Counted from the stretch's first letter, positions 51,901 through 62,700 are shown. The stretch: 64,000 nucleotides of DNA from Candidatus Omnitrophota bacterium (GCA_016208765.1 JACQXK010000004.1:84243-148242), one strand, 5' to 3'. Notes: a model not told the origin generated them from the sequence alone. A program made the numbers and translations.

Positions 51901-54900
51901 AATTGGATGCTATTAAAGATTTTAAAAATATACCAAAATTTTGCACCATACAATAATTCATACTCCCGCCAACATGAACAAAAATTGTTGGGCAATCTTT
52001 ATGCTTTTGCAATATCTCAATTATTTTTAGGCTATCAATATCCCCATGAGGATTAAACTCCTGTAATGGATCATACACATACCCTGCAAATTCTAGCCAC
52101 TTCAACGTTGACAAAGAATCTGCTTTTTTTATTATTAAATGGGTATATAAAAGATATGTAGGAATATTTCCTCTAATTAGTTTCTTAATATCTTCTTCTA
52201 TTTCTGCTGCACCTGCGATTTTCACCACCGAAGAAGCGCCCTCATCGGAATTAAATATTGTGTCCCCGGAATTGCAGGAATTGTGCGAACCAGGGATAGA
52301 ATTGGCAAGATCAACCCAATCCCGCAATCTTCTTTGATTCTGCGTGTCCTTAAATGCTGCTACTATCAAACGAAAAGCACTACGTACTTGCTCGGAGGTA
52401 AGCAAATCTGTCTCTGTATGGAAAAAATTACGATCAGGAAAATTATCTACAGGCCCGAACTTTTTCCCGCCAACAAATCTTACTCTCCCCTGGAAATCTA
52501 AACCGGGATATGGAATAAGAGTTGCAAGCTCAATGAAGTTTGGCTGGCTTATACTAATAAAATCAATTGTTTTCTGGACTGAGGCAATTGTCTGTCCAGG
52601 AAGGCCAACCAAATAATAATGCCCTATAAAAAGGCCCAGGTCTTGTGCCCATTTAGTAACTAATCTAACCGTCTTTAAATCCACTCCCTTACCTATTTTA
52701 TTCAACAAATCCTGGTCACCTGTTTCCACTCCAATATTTATGCCTACAAGGCCAGCCTGCTGCATCAACTTTAGTAGCTCCCGAGAAAGACAATCAGCCC
52801 TGCTATGACAAATCCATTTTATGCCTAAACCTACTCTGATGAATTCTTGGCACAGAGACGTTATTCTCTGTGGATTTAAAGTAAAGGTGTCATCAAAGAA
52901 GACAATAAAAAAAATGCCTTGCGAACGCAAATATATTAATTCTTGCATAACATGAGGAATGCTTCTTGATTTAATGGCCTTGCCCCAAACATTTGAAGCA
53001 CAGAAAATACACCCATAAGGACAACCAAAGGAAGTCATCATTCCGAATCTAGAAATATTTCTACTATCTCCTAATGCATCTTTTAACAAATCAAGGCTAT
53101 TGGCAGCAAAGGGGAAATCATCAGGCCTAAAATGAATTATTTGTTTCCTGTTGTCTACGATTGCCGTGGTTTGTTTATTCCCTGATTTGTCTTTAAATAT
53201 GATCCCCTGAACACGAGATAACTGGTCAGACACAAAACCATACTTAGCCAAAATATATACTGCTCTCACCAATGCTTCCTCTGCCTGCCCCGCAAAACCA
53301 ATATCAAATTCACTTGCTTGTAAAACCTCTATTGGCAAGAGAGTAAAATGAGGCCCTCCAATTAAAGTAATAATTTCTGGATTATACTCTTTGGCTATCC
53401 CTGCGGCTTGGACTGCTTCTCTGATAGACACCGAAGTTGCAGTAACACCAACAATATCAGGATTAAATTCAGCAAATACATTTTTTAGTCTTAATCGCGC
53501 AGCTTCGCCCCTTAGTCTATCAAACCCTGTCATTAAACATAATATTTTAACCTCATATTCAGGCATTCTGCTTCCCGGGAATATCTTGCTGAATAATTGA
53601 GGATCACGCAAAATACTGGACAAATATGTGCTGACTATAGAATCTGCGCGTAAATTAGGTAAAGGCTGGGTATCAATTAATAGAATTCTTTTGTTCACCG
53701 CCGAGGAGGCACCTCGCTTACCCACTGTCCCGATTGATTCGGAAACAGTTTCCAAGTTGTTCGGGAAACTGGGCTCTTTTAGCACCGCCGAGGATGCACC
53801 CTCATCGGAATTAAATATTGTGTCCCCGGAATTGTTCAATGTTGTGCCCCAGAAACTACCCACAGCCGAGGATGAGCGACTTCTACGGTAACTGACTTCA
53901 TTTCTGGCATGTCTCCGGAAAACTTCTTGGCAGCCGAAAATAAGCGTATCCAAAACTGGCTGTATCGCACGTATTTCTTCAGGATTTTCGTCTCGCCAGC
54001 CGATTAAATCTACAAATGTCAAGGCGCGGCTAAGATTAACTTTTGCACCCTTGCGGATTTCTTCATTATGTAGCTGTTCACAAATATTTTCTCCGATGAA
54101 AGCTAATTGATGACGAAAATCTAATTCACCATCTTTCATTTTCATTTTATTTGCCACTATATAATAGTAATAGTAAAAAATACAGGCATGCCCCCAATAA
54201 AGCGTTGTAATAATTTTTGCGCTATTTTCAATGTCTGCAAAACCATATTCAAAGCGACAGTATTTTCTTTCTTCAAGATACTCTGCCTGTTTCCTGAATC
54301 TAACTGTTTTACCCGTCTTTTTAAACTGTATTCTTTTATCTGAAACGTAAGCAACAACTACATCAAACATCAGCCACTCTAAATCTCTTAACAACATTTT
54401 TTTTATATCTTTGTGAATTAAATTATACTGATAGGCACGAACACCGACATTCACCTGCACAGAAACTATGTCTTCTTTTCTCAAACAAGCATTTTGCATA
54501 ATCTTACCTAAAGTAAGAACCTGGATAGCAGGACTCCATGCAGGACGAGTTTTGATTTCAACCAGGTTCAAATGTTTATCTTCATCTTCCCAAGAAGTAC
54601 CACAACATTCTTCTTTGGTAGGCAGGATAGCTGCTATTCCCCTGAGGTTGCATTCATTTTCTGAATGTCTCTGGCTAAGCTCTATTTCCAAACCTATCGG
54701 GATAGCCACGAGTTGTCTAAATTCGCTCTCGGTTCTTACTACACGACTATAATTTATACCTAACGACATCAAATCTTTGCCACCTTGAGTGAGACTAAAT
54801 GCTCCCTTGTCCACCGCCGAGGAGGCACCTCGCTTACCCACTGTCCCGATTGATTTGGAAACAGTTTCCAAGTTATTCGGGAAACTGGGCTTTTTTAGCA

Positions 54901-57900
54901 CCGCCGAGGATGCGCCGTCGTTAGAATTAAGTATTATGTCCCCGGAATTGCCCCCATGAACCTTATCCTCAAATATTCTTTTAAGCACCCTGAAGTCCTT
55001 CGCCCAAGCCAAATCATCTTGAACTAATATTTCCCCGATTATTTTCAAGGCTGCATCTAAACCACCGGAAATTTTAGTAAAATGTTTAGCCAAAAATTTG
55101 CCTACGCAATGAGAGAAAAAACTATCGTCATTCTTTATGTCATCTCTTAATTCCTGGAAAGACAGATGATCATTAAGCGCCTCAAAGATTATTTCCTCTT
55201 TAGTTTCTTGTAAAACATTTACCAAAGGAATCTGTTTAATATGTGCATAACGGGTAATCGGATTTTCTCCATTTTGTCCAATCATCATTATTGCTGTGAA
55301 GACTTTTTCCTCTTTTCTGTAATCATAATTTTCCCAAAGCTGAGGAACTGCCAACATCTGGGAAATGACATCTAAGGTTTCGTGAACACCAGCATCTACT
55401 TTGGTAACTCTGCCTTTTAATATTTGGCATAAAACAAGATGCCCTATTTCTGCTGCAACATATTTCAGCCTACATTCTTGCATCCTTACAGGTCGGCCAA
55501 GATTAATTCTTTCTTCATGTGGGAGTGAAGTTATTGCTTCAGCATTACCAAAAACAATTTCATTACTAATTATTATCAAAAACATCCTGCCATCCCATAA
55601 TAAAGGCCTTCTAAAAATCCCACTAGTAAACAACGCAGGATAACCTTTATAACCAAAGATCCTTGATGGACCACTGATTATCTTATAAGATTTCTTTATT
55701 TTTTCATAAAGAGCCTCCTCACAAAGGCCGAGCCTATACAACATCTTAATAATGTGGGCATCCGCAAACAATCTTAAATATTCTGGTTCATGAACAATCT
55801 CCCAAAAGTTAGATACCCAAAGCTTAATTTTAATCTTTGTTTCTTGTTTCAAATCAGTACGATTTGATTTTTTAATAATATCCATAGCGCCATTTCCTTC
55901 TGTCTTTATGGCAGAACTAGAGTTATAATGGAGCTGTCCCCTGTCTTCTGTCGCCGAGGAGGCGCCGCTTGTTAGCTTACCCACTGTCCCGATTGATTTG
56001 GAAACAGTTTCCCTAACAATCTGGAAACTGTTTCCGGTCTCCAAATTAAGTATTGCACCTCCGGAATTACCTACCGGAGAGCTGGTAACGCGACGATATA
56101 AATGCATATTTCCAAATACGCCTATTTCTTGAATGTCTTTATCAACGTCAAGTGTCCCCGGTGGAATTAACCCACTAATTAATGGATCTCTAAGGTCAAA
56201 ACCTGCCAGATACATGACTGCGCCATTTTTCATTTGCATAATACTGAGTAAAAGCGCCAGGGAAAAAAATGAGCCATCTTCTAACGGGGGATAGATATGA
56301 AATACATCATACAATCTAAGATCTTGACTGCTGCAATCATTAAAGACCAAATGGACTCGGCCTGGATCAATCGCACCTAACTGAACAAGTTTAGAATAAA
56401 TTGCAGATTCTTCATTATGTATCCATTTATTAATCTCAAAACGCGTTGCATCTATGCCCGTTACCGCATTGACTAACATAGCTAATAATCCACCTCCAAA
56501 AAGACTGCAAAATTTTTCATTCTTACTGAAATATCCTTCCTCTTGTAAATACCGAATAAAATTTAAAGCGCTCTCATAGCCTATTGCCGAATGAAGAGAC
56601 GTATGATAACCGGGGCACTCAGCAATCCTGTCCAGGTATGCCTTGTATTCTTTTATAACTGCAGCTATTTTTTCTTCGGCAGTTAGTTGAGTTGTCGGCG
56701 GGATAGAACCATCTTCCACCACAGAGGAGGCGATACTTGGGCCGACAGGAAAATGCTCATCTATAATGAACTCTTTTAAAGAAAATCTCTCGGCTATAGC
56801 ACCTAGATCTGCCTCTTTCCTGCTTATACCGGCTTGACCAGTGTAAACAAGATAACCCTGAATTGCCTGAGCATATTTTCCTTCCCAAATCAAAATCGCA
56901 ATAGTAAGCCTTGCGCGCACATCTTCGCTAAACTCCCGAAAATCCATCGCCTGCCGCAATCTTGACAAGATCTGCATCCAATACTTCCCTGTAACTAAAC
57001 TAAGGTCGGTTTTAATATTATTAGCCAGATTGCTCTGCGTCATTAGCCTGAATCTCCCTGGATTCTTACAAAAATATTTAATGATGTAATGTACTGCCTT
57101 ATTGACAACCCTTTCTTGCCTCGGACTTAGAAGCGCAGAAACAATCTCATTTTTATCAGAGCAACTATCTTCTCCTGCATGCAACACAGACACAGGAGCC
57201 GCAGGCAAAAGAAGCGGGGATCTTTCTCTTTGAGTAGTGCAACCCCTGCCAAATGAAGGCTGGCTTCTTCTAATGAACGCCCTTCTCTTGGCTAACAAAT
57301 GATAAACCCTAATCGCCTCCCGATGCCAAAAAATACTACAAATATCTCCCGAAATAAAACCGGGATGATTTCGCTTCACAAAATCATAATACGATAACTT
57401 TAGATCCTGATCGCTGATGTAGCCTTCCTCTTCCTTGCTCCTTGGATAAAAACCAAATAACCAATATGAACTTAGGCGGGGCTTTTTTGACGGCAAATAT
57501 ACACGGTATCTCCGGGACGAATAATATAAGTACGGGTCTTCTCTCATAATATCAAACGCCCATATATTAATCCCGCAACGGATCCTTCCGGTAACCAGTA
57601 ACTCAACCGTAAACCTGCTCGTATATCTTTGCACCCTGCCTATTGGCATTAAAGCTTTTCCAACCGCATGAACTGTCTTGGTCTTTAACAAAATTTCATA
57701 TGCCTGAGCGGTCAAAACAAAGAATTCGTTGAATTTTTCTAATAAACCTTTCTTAACCAAAGCACGACTGGTAATTTGGAAAAAAACTTCACTTAATCCT
57801 GTGGCTTTAACGAATAATTTAGGTGAGTTATGCTTCCTGGAAACAGCAAAAAACACTAATACCTGCGCTGCATTAGCAAAGCGCTTGCCTGAGGAACAAA

Positions 57901-57955
57901 TATCCTTTTGGAGACAATACCTTCTCCAAACCCGCCGCACAAGAAACGCCTTCAT
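48911..57955 (-). CDS. Giant multidomain protein (3014 aa) with at least 7 unrelated segments joined by in-frame repeats; includes a B12-binding radical SAM, a second radical SAM, and a transglutaminase-like Cys protease domain
   Basis: Uninterrupted 9-kb ORF. B12-binding motif DIVGVTATSV...IGGPHFT plus CPYGCIFC at ~52998-53026. CNLNCKHC at 50603-50650. Cys/His/Asp triad DCGVISRA...YGHMWVRV...DWVIFD at ~51.0-51.5 kb. Repeats at 50874, 51548, 52226, 53696, 54812 and 55891. Confidence 0.6.
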   Translation of the reverse strand: MKAFLVRRVWRRYCLQKDICSSGKRFANAAQVLVFFAVSRKHNSPKLFVKATGLSEVFFQITSRALVKKGLLEKFNEFFVLTAQAYEILLKTKTVHAVGKALMPIGRVQRYTSRFTVELLVTGRIRCGINIWAFDIMREDPYLYYSSRRYRVYLPSKKPRLSSYWLFGFYPRSKEEEGYISDQDLKLSYYDFVKRNHPGFISGDICSIFWHREAIRVYHLLAKRRAFIRRSQPSFGRGCTTQRERSPLLLPAAPVSVLHAGEDSCSDKNEIVSALLSPRQERVVNKAVHYIIKYFCKNPGRFRLMTQSNLANNIKTDLSLVTGKYWMQILSRLRQAMDFREFSEDVRARLTIAILIWEGKYAQAIQGYLVYTGQAGISRKEADLGAIAERFSLKEFIIDEHFPVGPSIASSVVEDGSIPPTTQLTAEEKIAAVIKEYKAYLDRIAECPGYHTSLHSAIGYESALNFIRYLQEEGYFSKNEKFCSLFGGGLLAMLVNAVTGIDATRFEINKWIHNEESAIYSKLVQLGAIDPGRVHLVFNDCSSQDLRLYDVFHIYPPLEDGSFFSLALLLSIMQMKNGAVMYLAGFDLRDPLISGLIPPGTLDVDKDIQEIGVFGNMHLYRRVTSSPVGNSGGAILNLETGNSFQIVRETVSKSIGTVGKLTSGASSATEDRGQLHYNSSSAIKTEGNGAMDIIKKSNRTDLKQETKIKIKLWVSNFWEIVHEPEYLRLFADAHIIKMLYRLGLCEEALYEKIKKSYKIISGPSRIFGYKGYPALFTSGIFRRPLLWDGRMFLIIISNEIVFGNAEAITSLPHEERINLGRPVRMQECRLKYVAAEIGHLVLCQILKGRVTKVDAGVHETLDVISQMLAVPQLWENYDYRKEEKVFTAIMMIGQNGENPITRYAHIKQIPLVNVLQETKEEIIFEALNDHLSFQELRDDIKNDDSFFSHCVGKFLAKHFTKISGGLDAALKIIGEILVQDDLAWAKDFRVLKRIFEDKVHGGNSGDIILNSNDGASSAVLKKPSFPNNLETVSKSIGTVGKRGASSAVDKGAFSLTQGGKDLMSLGINYSRVVRTESEFRQLVAIPIGLEIELSQRHSENECNLRGIAAILPTKEECCGTSWEDEDKHLNLVEIKTRPAWSPAIQVLTLGKIMQNACLRKEDIVSVQVNVGVRAYQYNLIHKDIKKMLLRDLEWLMFDVVVAYVSDKRIQFKKTGKTVRFRKQAEYLEERKYCRFEYGFADIENSAKIITTLYWGHACIFYYYYYIVANKMKMKDGELDFRHQLAFIGENICEQLHNEEIRKGAKVNLSRALTFVDLIGWRDENPEEIRAIQPVLDTLIFGCQEVFRRHARNEVSYRRSRSSSAVGSFWGTTLNNSGDTIFNSDEGASSAVLKEPSFPNNLETVSESIGTVGKRGASSAVNKRILLIDTQPLPNLRADSIVSTYLSSILRDPQLFSKIFPGSRMPEYEVKILCLMTGFDRLRGEAARLRLKNVFAEFNPDIVGVTATSVSIREAVQAAGIAKEYNPEIITLIGGPHFTLLPIEVLQASEFDIGFAGQAEEALVRAVYILAKYGFVSDQLSRVQGIIFKDKSGNKQTTAIVDNRKQIIHFRPDDFPFAANSLDLLKDALGDSRNISRFGMMTSFGCPYGCIFCASNVWGKAIKSRSIPHVMQELIYLRSQGIFFIVFFDDTFTLNPQRITSLCQEFIRVGLGIKWICHSRADCLSRELLKLMQQAGLVGINIGVETGDQDLLNKIGKGVDLKTVRLVTKWAQDLGLFIGHYYLVGLPGQTIASVQKTIDFISISQPNFIELATLIPYPGLDFQGRVRFVGGKKFGPVDNFPDRNFFHTETDLLTSEQVRSAFRLIVAAFKDTQNQRRLRDWVDLANSIPGSHNSCNSGDTIFNSDEGASSVVKIAGAAEIEEDIKKLIRGNIPTYLLYTHLIIKKADSLSTLKWLEFAGYVYDPLQEFNPHGDIDSLKIIEILQKHKDCPTIFVHVGGSMNYCMVQNFGIFLKSLIASNYLKGGYKIYFHIPLMLTDYFFISHRFGLEEIFTGRGRKQGSYIQYLEEAGLFSCVYFNGDSIIFKEDCNGILCNNIDSNIVILLWDKIELMQEWFRLYSIFLRRGGRNSGDAMLNLTAVSSPLEKRIESSVVLDWNKNDIFERRGNVLLIANKRYKQFRPLTNKLSNLTEVNLKDYSINYPIQDIFDGRIVVDPLVHNFVGVLLHEIVGENDCGVISRAILLLFYSHFDQFEKFGKYKIKNVQAIWTESIVYGHMWVRVLFYGQEDWVIFDFKPNFRKPNVFYEKSTRNQNIDYFSVDKEIDMQIMRFEDCSFNFAAGASSALENEGQFHRNSSSAIKKEGNGVGSEVAAIDSCLSSGVGGEAESFSLKVKWKNALESFLSRSGTQFNYEENILTRQYDRVLKILNGEFDFLPYEIEVQPSGGCNLNCKHCIGEKERCKIQKKMSPLWLLELLCNFFLANEEAAPSLRTKVIKFSGIFGEPLVNKKTTLLGIAAASRLGFDVGLFTNGVLMSQEVRETLVNYAKYVHISLDAYGNDSFFELKEGRRGDFERIMRNIEELVNMRNQSGSKLAINVGYVIGKENFKGIVQITERLKKAGVDLIRFKVNIRPDQACLLNDRDKKEIIESLNLSMAFSDGRFKVETIHDERDISRGIGKPDYDRCWFAYFCTCLGATSEIYPCDHRAFSRGGSLGEGFASVDGWERMGGIFKKWFNPKMECTVCPPMGNRVNRLLQFLHEQNVAYPVIFFNWFKDEFLPALFYKRIEALREAGNYGEIEYLQTILATGIAAGVTYKEAALEETREYFWPLKDMIPPEIEARRIYPDSEIRWQKAEVSHLWTALVSPEPDTIIKVNSDGKISLEAAVKLDVWEAIFRTKPEALDYAARHIQGMFELYAEKDFRPFVCGNPPFHIYLPGDEDFAMWLGVAITAKKEPTLDDLGHPTAVFPARLDEKRSFSYYGDEYFIFKGEIDLATLNLPPGTYALTLRFGEMIKQIDINI
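53696..53834 (-). repeat. Representative copy of the in-frame modular repeat (DR-core-DR-C form)
   Basis: caccgccgaggaggcacc + tcgcttacccactgtcccgattgattcggaaacagtttccaagttgttcgggaaactgggctcttttag + caccgccgaggatgcacc + ctcatcggaattaaatattgtgtccccggaatt. It is about 90 % identical to copies at 46462, 47098, 54812, 55891 and 60921. Confidence 0.85.
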
Positions 57956-59714
57956 CAGAATCAGATGCTACATCATCAGGAATACCCGAGAATATGTCTC
58001 TGGAAATAATTGGGCTGCTTGCATCTATCCTGTCCGCGCGGAATATCAGGCTGACAACCGTAGAATTAGGGACAAGATTGACAATACTCACATGCCCGTC
58101 TAAAAAAGCTTTGGCAAAATTCAACACATGAGTTAGCCCTAAACCATTGGCTCCCTGCTCTCCTTTCTTATTTTTGCTTCTGCCGAGGCCTTCAACAAAA
58201 AATAATGCAACTAACCCATTCATTTCAACATAATTATCTATATCTTTCAATGCCCTCTCAAGATCGATCAGGCGCTCAAATCTATGAGAATTATTCTTCA
58301 GGTATTCTCCTTGCTCAGGTATCCCGAGGATTTCAACGATAAGTTGACCTGTTATTTTGTCGCGCCAAAGCTTTTTTCTATCGGCCTGTTTTTTTATTTT
58401 TGAATATAGCTCGTCCAGAACAAAATGATCTATATTCCCCTGGTTCTCAACGCTTAACTTAAATACACCTGTAGTTGGTTCTGATAAATTTATCCTGATA
58501 ACGCCTGACAAGTTTTCATCGTGGGCATTCTTCAAAAGCTCCCCAATTAAGAATCTCAGCATGAATTCAAGACCTTTCTCAAGAATAAGTTGCCTGTCTG
58601 CGTAGTTAATTATGCCTGCGGTATCAAGTTTCCAATAAACTTTGAGGCGTTGATTAACACCAGAGTATTCAATAGAATTGTGTTTTAAGAAAGGGAATCC
58701 GTCTATAATATGATTTAGCAAATCAGAAAAGTCAATTTCTGCTAAAAACGTATATTTGCTGAATGACCTTATTCTATTTATAGCCTTATTTTCTGCCAAG
58801 AGTTGTTCATTATCAAGACCGTTTCCTTCTTTCTTTATGGCAGAGCTGGAGTTATAATGGAGCTGCCCCTTGTCTTCTGCCGCCGAGGAGGCGCTTCGTG
58901 AATAGAGGGCTCTTAAAGCAACGTGGAGCAGAAAGGCCCTCCCATACCATTGATTATAGCCTATATCGAGTTTCCTAAAGATACTCATAAGCGCCTTATC
59001 AACTTCAACGGTTCGCGCGGAGAGCTCGGAAGAATCATTGATTATACATGAGAGAAGATTATCTCCAATTATACTGAGTTCTTCCTCAACTCTGCCTATG
59101 CCTTTCCAGAAGGCAGCTTCGTACTTCTCTTGCATAGAGAATAAACTCCCAGACTCAGGATACATCAACCTCCCTATTGATCTTTGCTCTGCCAACAATT
59201 CTTTATTAGCCAAGAGCACAAATACACCTTCTTCTCTCCAGAAAGAAAAGGACACCCCTGCAGGATAGGTAAGATAACTAAACTTACCCCAATTATTTCT
59301 GAAAGACATCAAATCGACGTTCTCAAAACAATCCAATAATAGCTCTATGTTCCTAGCAATGCATAGTTGTGCTTCAGCGTCAACCAGAACCCTATCTGCA
59401 GGATAATTGTCCTCTGGGCCATATGGCCCCTCTTTTACAAGTTTTCCAAAAGGTTCGCGCAAAAACTCCGGCAGCTCAAGTTCTTTTAGATATCTTAAAT
59501 TATGCTTGAATCTCCCAAGCTTATTTAAAACCGCTCCATCCTTTATATCCGAAAAATCAAATGTACGGCAATACCTGACCTTTGATAAAAATTGTAACGT
59601 ACGTGATGGCTCCAATGCAGAAATTCCAAATTCTGCACCTAAATATGGTCCGGCCGCACATTGCAGGGTTATCGGTCCTTTAGCGTGGTAATCAAGCCTC
59701 TTCTTAAATTCCAC
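57873..59714 (-). CDS. Multidomain protein (613 aa) with an internal repeat copy and a C-terminal GHKL/histidine-kinase-like ATPase domain
   Basis: Bergerat-fold motifs LLKNAHDENLSGVIRINL ... GANGLGLTHV. Repeat A-part at 58819-58895. The frame stays open upstream through the repeat at 59729-59785 up to a TAG. Confidence 0.5.
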   Translation of the reverse strand: MEFKKRLDYHAKGPITLQCAAGPYLGAEFGISALEPSRTLQFLSKVRYCRTFDFSDIKDGAVLNKLGRFKHNLRYLKELELPEFLREPFGKLVKEGPYGPEDNYPADRVLVDAEAQLCIARNIELLLDCFENVDLMSFRNNWGKFSYLTYPAGVSFSFWREEGVFVLLANKELLAEQRSIGRLMYPESGSLFSMQEKYEAAFWKGIGRVEEELSIIGDNLLSCIINDSSELSARTVEVDKALMSIFRKLDIGYNQWYGRAFLLHVALRALYSRSASSAAEDKGQLHYNSSSAIKKEGNGLDNEQLLAENKAINRIRSFSKYTFLAEIDFSDLLNHIIDGFPFLKHNSIEYSGVNQRLKVYWKLDTAGIINYADRQLILEKGLEFMLRFLIGELLKNAHDENLSGVIRINLSEPTTGVFKLSVENQGNIDHFVLDELYSKIKKQADRKKLWRDKITGQLIVEILGIPEQGEYLKNNSHRFERLIDLERALKDIDNYVEMNGLVALFFVEGLGRSKNKKGEQGANGLGLTHVLNFAKAFLDGHVSIVNLVPNSTVVSLIFRADRIDASSPIISRDIFSGIPDDVASDSDEGVSCAAGLEKVLSPKGYLFLRQALC

Positions 59715-59746
59715 TGCCGAAGAGGCAGGACCGTTTCCTTCTTTCT

Positions 59747-62700
59747 TTATGGCAGAGCTAGAGTTATAATGGAGCTGTCCCTTGTACCACTAAAATCTGA
59801 TTTACTCAAAGTTTGCCTCTTAATTCGCGAACTATTCCGCTTCCACCTATTGACTATGCCATCGCTTTCGATCTCAATAACTAAATTATTAATTGACGTT
59901 GCCATTCTTGCCACAGCCAAGCCTAAACCACGGCCCTCTAAACCGATGTTTACCTTTGTAGAATATAAATACTTTAAAACATTCCTAATTGCGAATCCTG
60001 AGAGATTTACTCCTTGATTAGAAATCTCAATAACGATTTCATCCTTATTGCGGCGGAATATCCTGCCTTCCACTGTTGTTCCAGGGTAAGCAGCGCTCAA
60101 TGCGTTCCGGATAACTTCGTATATAGCGTTTGCTATGTCGTCCTCCGTAAGAAAAAATTGCGCTTCTTTTAGGGCGGACTCAATTTTAAAATCATAAATA
60201 TACCGCTTGCCAAGAACATTCGCCAAATCTTGTAATTCCTCGCCAACCATCAATCCCCTTATCATCGGGAGAATCTTGACCCAGGAAAGCCCAAACCCTT
60301 CATATAATTCATGCAAGCGAGGGCTTTGAAACCTATACCTTTCTTCATTAGCCGGATCTCTCTCAATAACATTGAAATAGAATATCCTAGCCGTCCTATA
60401 AATTACGCGTATTACTTTTAAATAAAGGTCCATTAAATAAAAGTAGCGTTGTTTATTCAAGGCTATGACTTTTTTGTCTTTCATAAAAGTAGGGAATTCA
60501 TCGACCAAATCATATAAATTAGTCATAATAAGCCCCAAAGTCGGATCGGCGTAATCTCTTTTAATTAATTCTTCTCCATTTCCTTTGTCATATATATCCA
60601 ATAATTTACTGATAAGTTGATTTACTCTATTCTTGCTGTAATCAGTTTTACTACTTTGACCATGATCTGGAAACACCGAATTAAAATTACCGATGAGCTT
60701 TTGAAGCCCTTTAAGATATTTGGAAAGATAACGATCATATAATTTTATCGCCTCCTCCATAGCTATCCTCTCATTACCGATATTTTGCAAAGCGCTCACC
60801 TTACCAATTACCCGAAAAATTAATCGCTTCTTGATGCTAAAGATAAGCCTCTCAAAATGCTCTCTGAAATATTTCAAGAAAAGCTTAGTAAATAAATAAG
60901 CTGGTTCTGTTTTTTCCTCCGCAGCCGAGGAAGCGCCCCGCTTACCCACTGTCCCGATTGATTCGGAAACAGTTTCCAAGTTGTTCGGGAAACTGGGTCC
61001 TTTTAGCACCGCCGAGGATACGCCCTCGTTAGAATTAAGTATTGTGTCCCCGGAATTACGCTGATCTAAATACCAAGATAAAAAACGCTCAGTTGACCAC
61101 CAATAAAATAGAGCACCATCGGAATGATTAAAACCCTCCCAAAAATATCTTTCATTAAGAGCAAAATTATAGAAAACCCCCTTATGATGCAAAAGATAAT
61201 GAAAATACAAATTATCCTTAATTGCGGCTTTAGAAAAATGCTTTCTTATTGAAAACCCCGGAGTTCCGTAAATAGTATCGAAGATAAAATGAAAAGTAGC
61301 CCGTAATTTAGCGTTCTTTCTCAGCTCTGCGGCCCAAAGGAACCATTGCCAATGGCAAGATTCAAAATAACCGCCTGAGACGATAAAATCTGTAGCTTGC
61401 GGATCTAAAACAAAATCCTTGAGCTTATCTTTATCAACAGCAGGATCAACAATCAATTCATTATGCGGCTTCAAACAAGAATAATGACCTTGCCGGAGAA
61501 TTTCTAAATTTCGGCCACAACCTAATCCTGTCTGCTTCATTAGATTTTCAATACCAACCTGTTTTCGTGAATCTTCAGCGTCAATGATGATATGCCGCAC
61601 ACCGTTAAAACACTCAAGAGGACGCATAGATGAAGAAGCATAACCCCATATAGAAGATATACCTTTGCTATCTTTGAATTCCTTTAATCCAAGCCTAACA
61701 ATCCGCTCCTGTGTCCGCTTCCTTTGAACCTCTATCCACTCTGATGCTTCTTGCTTGGTCAATGTTAAATTCTGAGTGCCGTCACCTTTAGACAATTTTT
61801 TCTCTCCAAGGGGCCGGACAACCGAATTAAAATAATTAAAAATATCAGCAAAACGCTGTCTAACGGCGTACACAGAGATATATTCCATGCTATTACAACC
61901 TATTATTTCTTGAAAGGCAGCCATAGTTAACTCGGTTCCCAATCCCCTGCCTCTGTAATCAGGGGCAATATCTATATAATGGATACTCCCAAAGAAATAT
62001 AGATATCCTTTGAATTCGCCAAATTCTCCATCCTCCAGAGATATGGCTAAACGTACAGAACGTAAAAAATCAAGCCTTAAATCACCGCCCATTTCTTCTC
62101 TTTTACCTTGTTCTAATTTTCTTATAAACCATTCCAAAGAATCATTTAGTTCGTCAAGCATCCTTTTACTATCTTCTGTTTTCCTGTCGTTCTTATTAAA
62201 ATAATTAGAATACCAATGATATAATCCAAGCACAGCAAACCGGCATTGAAATATACTGAGCCTATCAGCGGGAACATATAATAAGGGAACCATTTTCCTG
62301 CCCTCGCTGTCAAGCGTATATATAAGATCCCGGTAATGCCTTTGTGGCTCATATGAATTGTAGCAGGCAAGACTGGTTTTCTCTCCCACCGCCGAGGAGA
62401 CGGATTCTTTTCCGGAAAAATATGAAGCCGGACGCGTGCCAATAATTGCCAATGCGTCATCACCACTTTTATGAACCACCCATTTCCTTAAATAAAATTC
62501 CCCTGGCCTTGGCGAACTCCAGTAAGTTTCATTTGTATTAACGCGTATTCCAATAATTCCCACATCTACATTTATTGCCTTTCTTTTCTTGTTAACCAGA
62601 AAATGTTTAGTATCAGGAGTGTGGGCAACTATCTGAGGCACGCTTGCTTCAAGAAACCAGAAACGTATGTCAAAAATACCATGGTGTGTGCGCTTATTCC

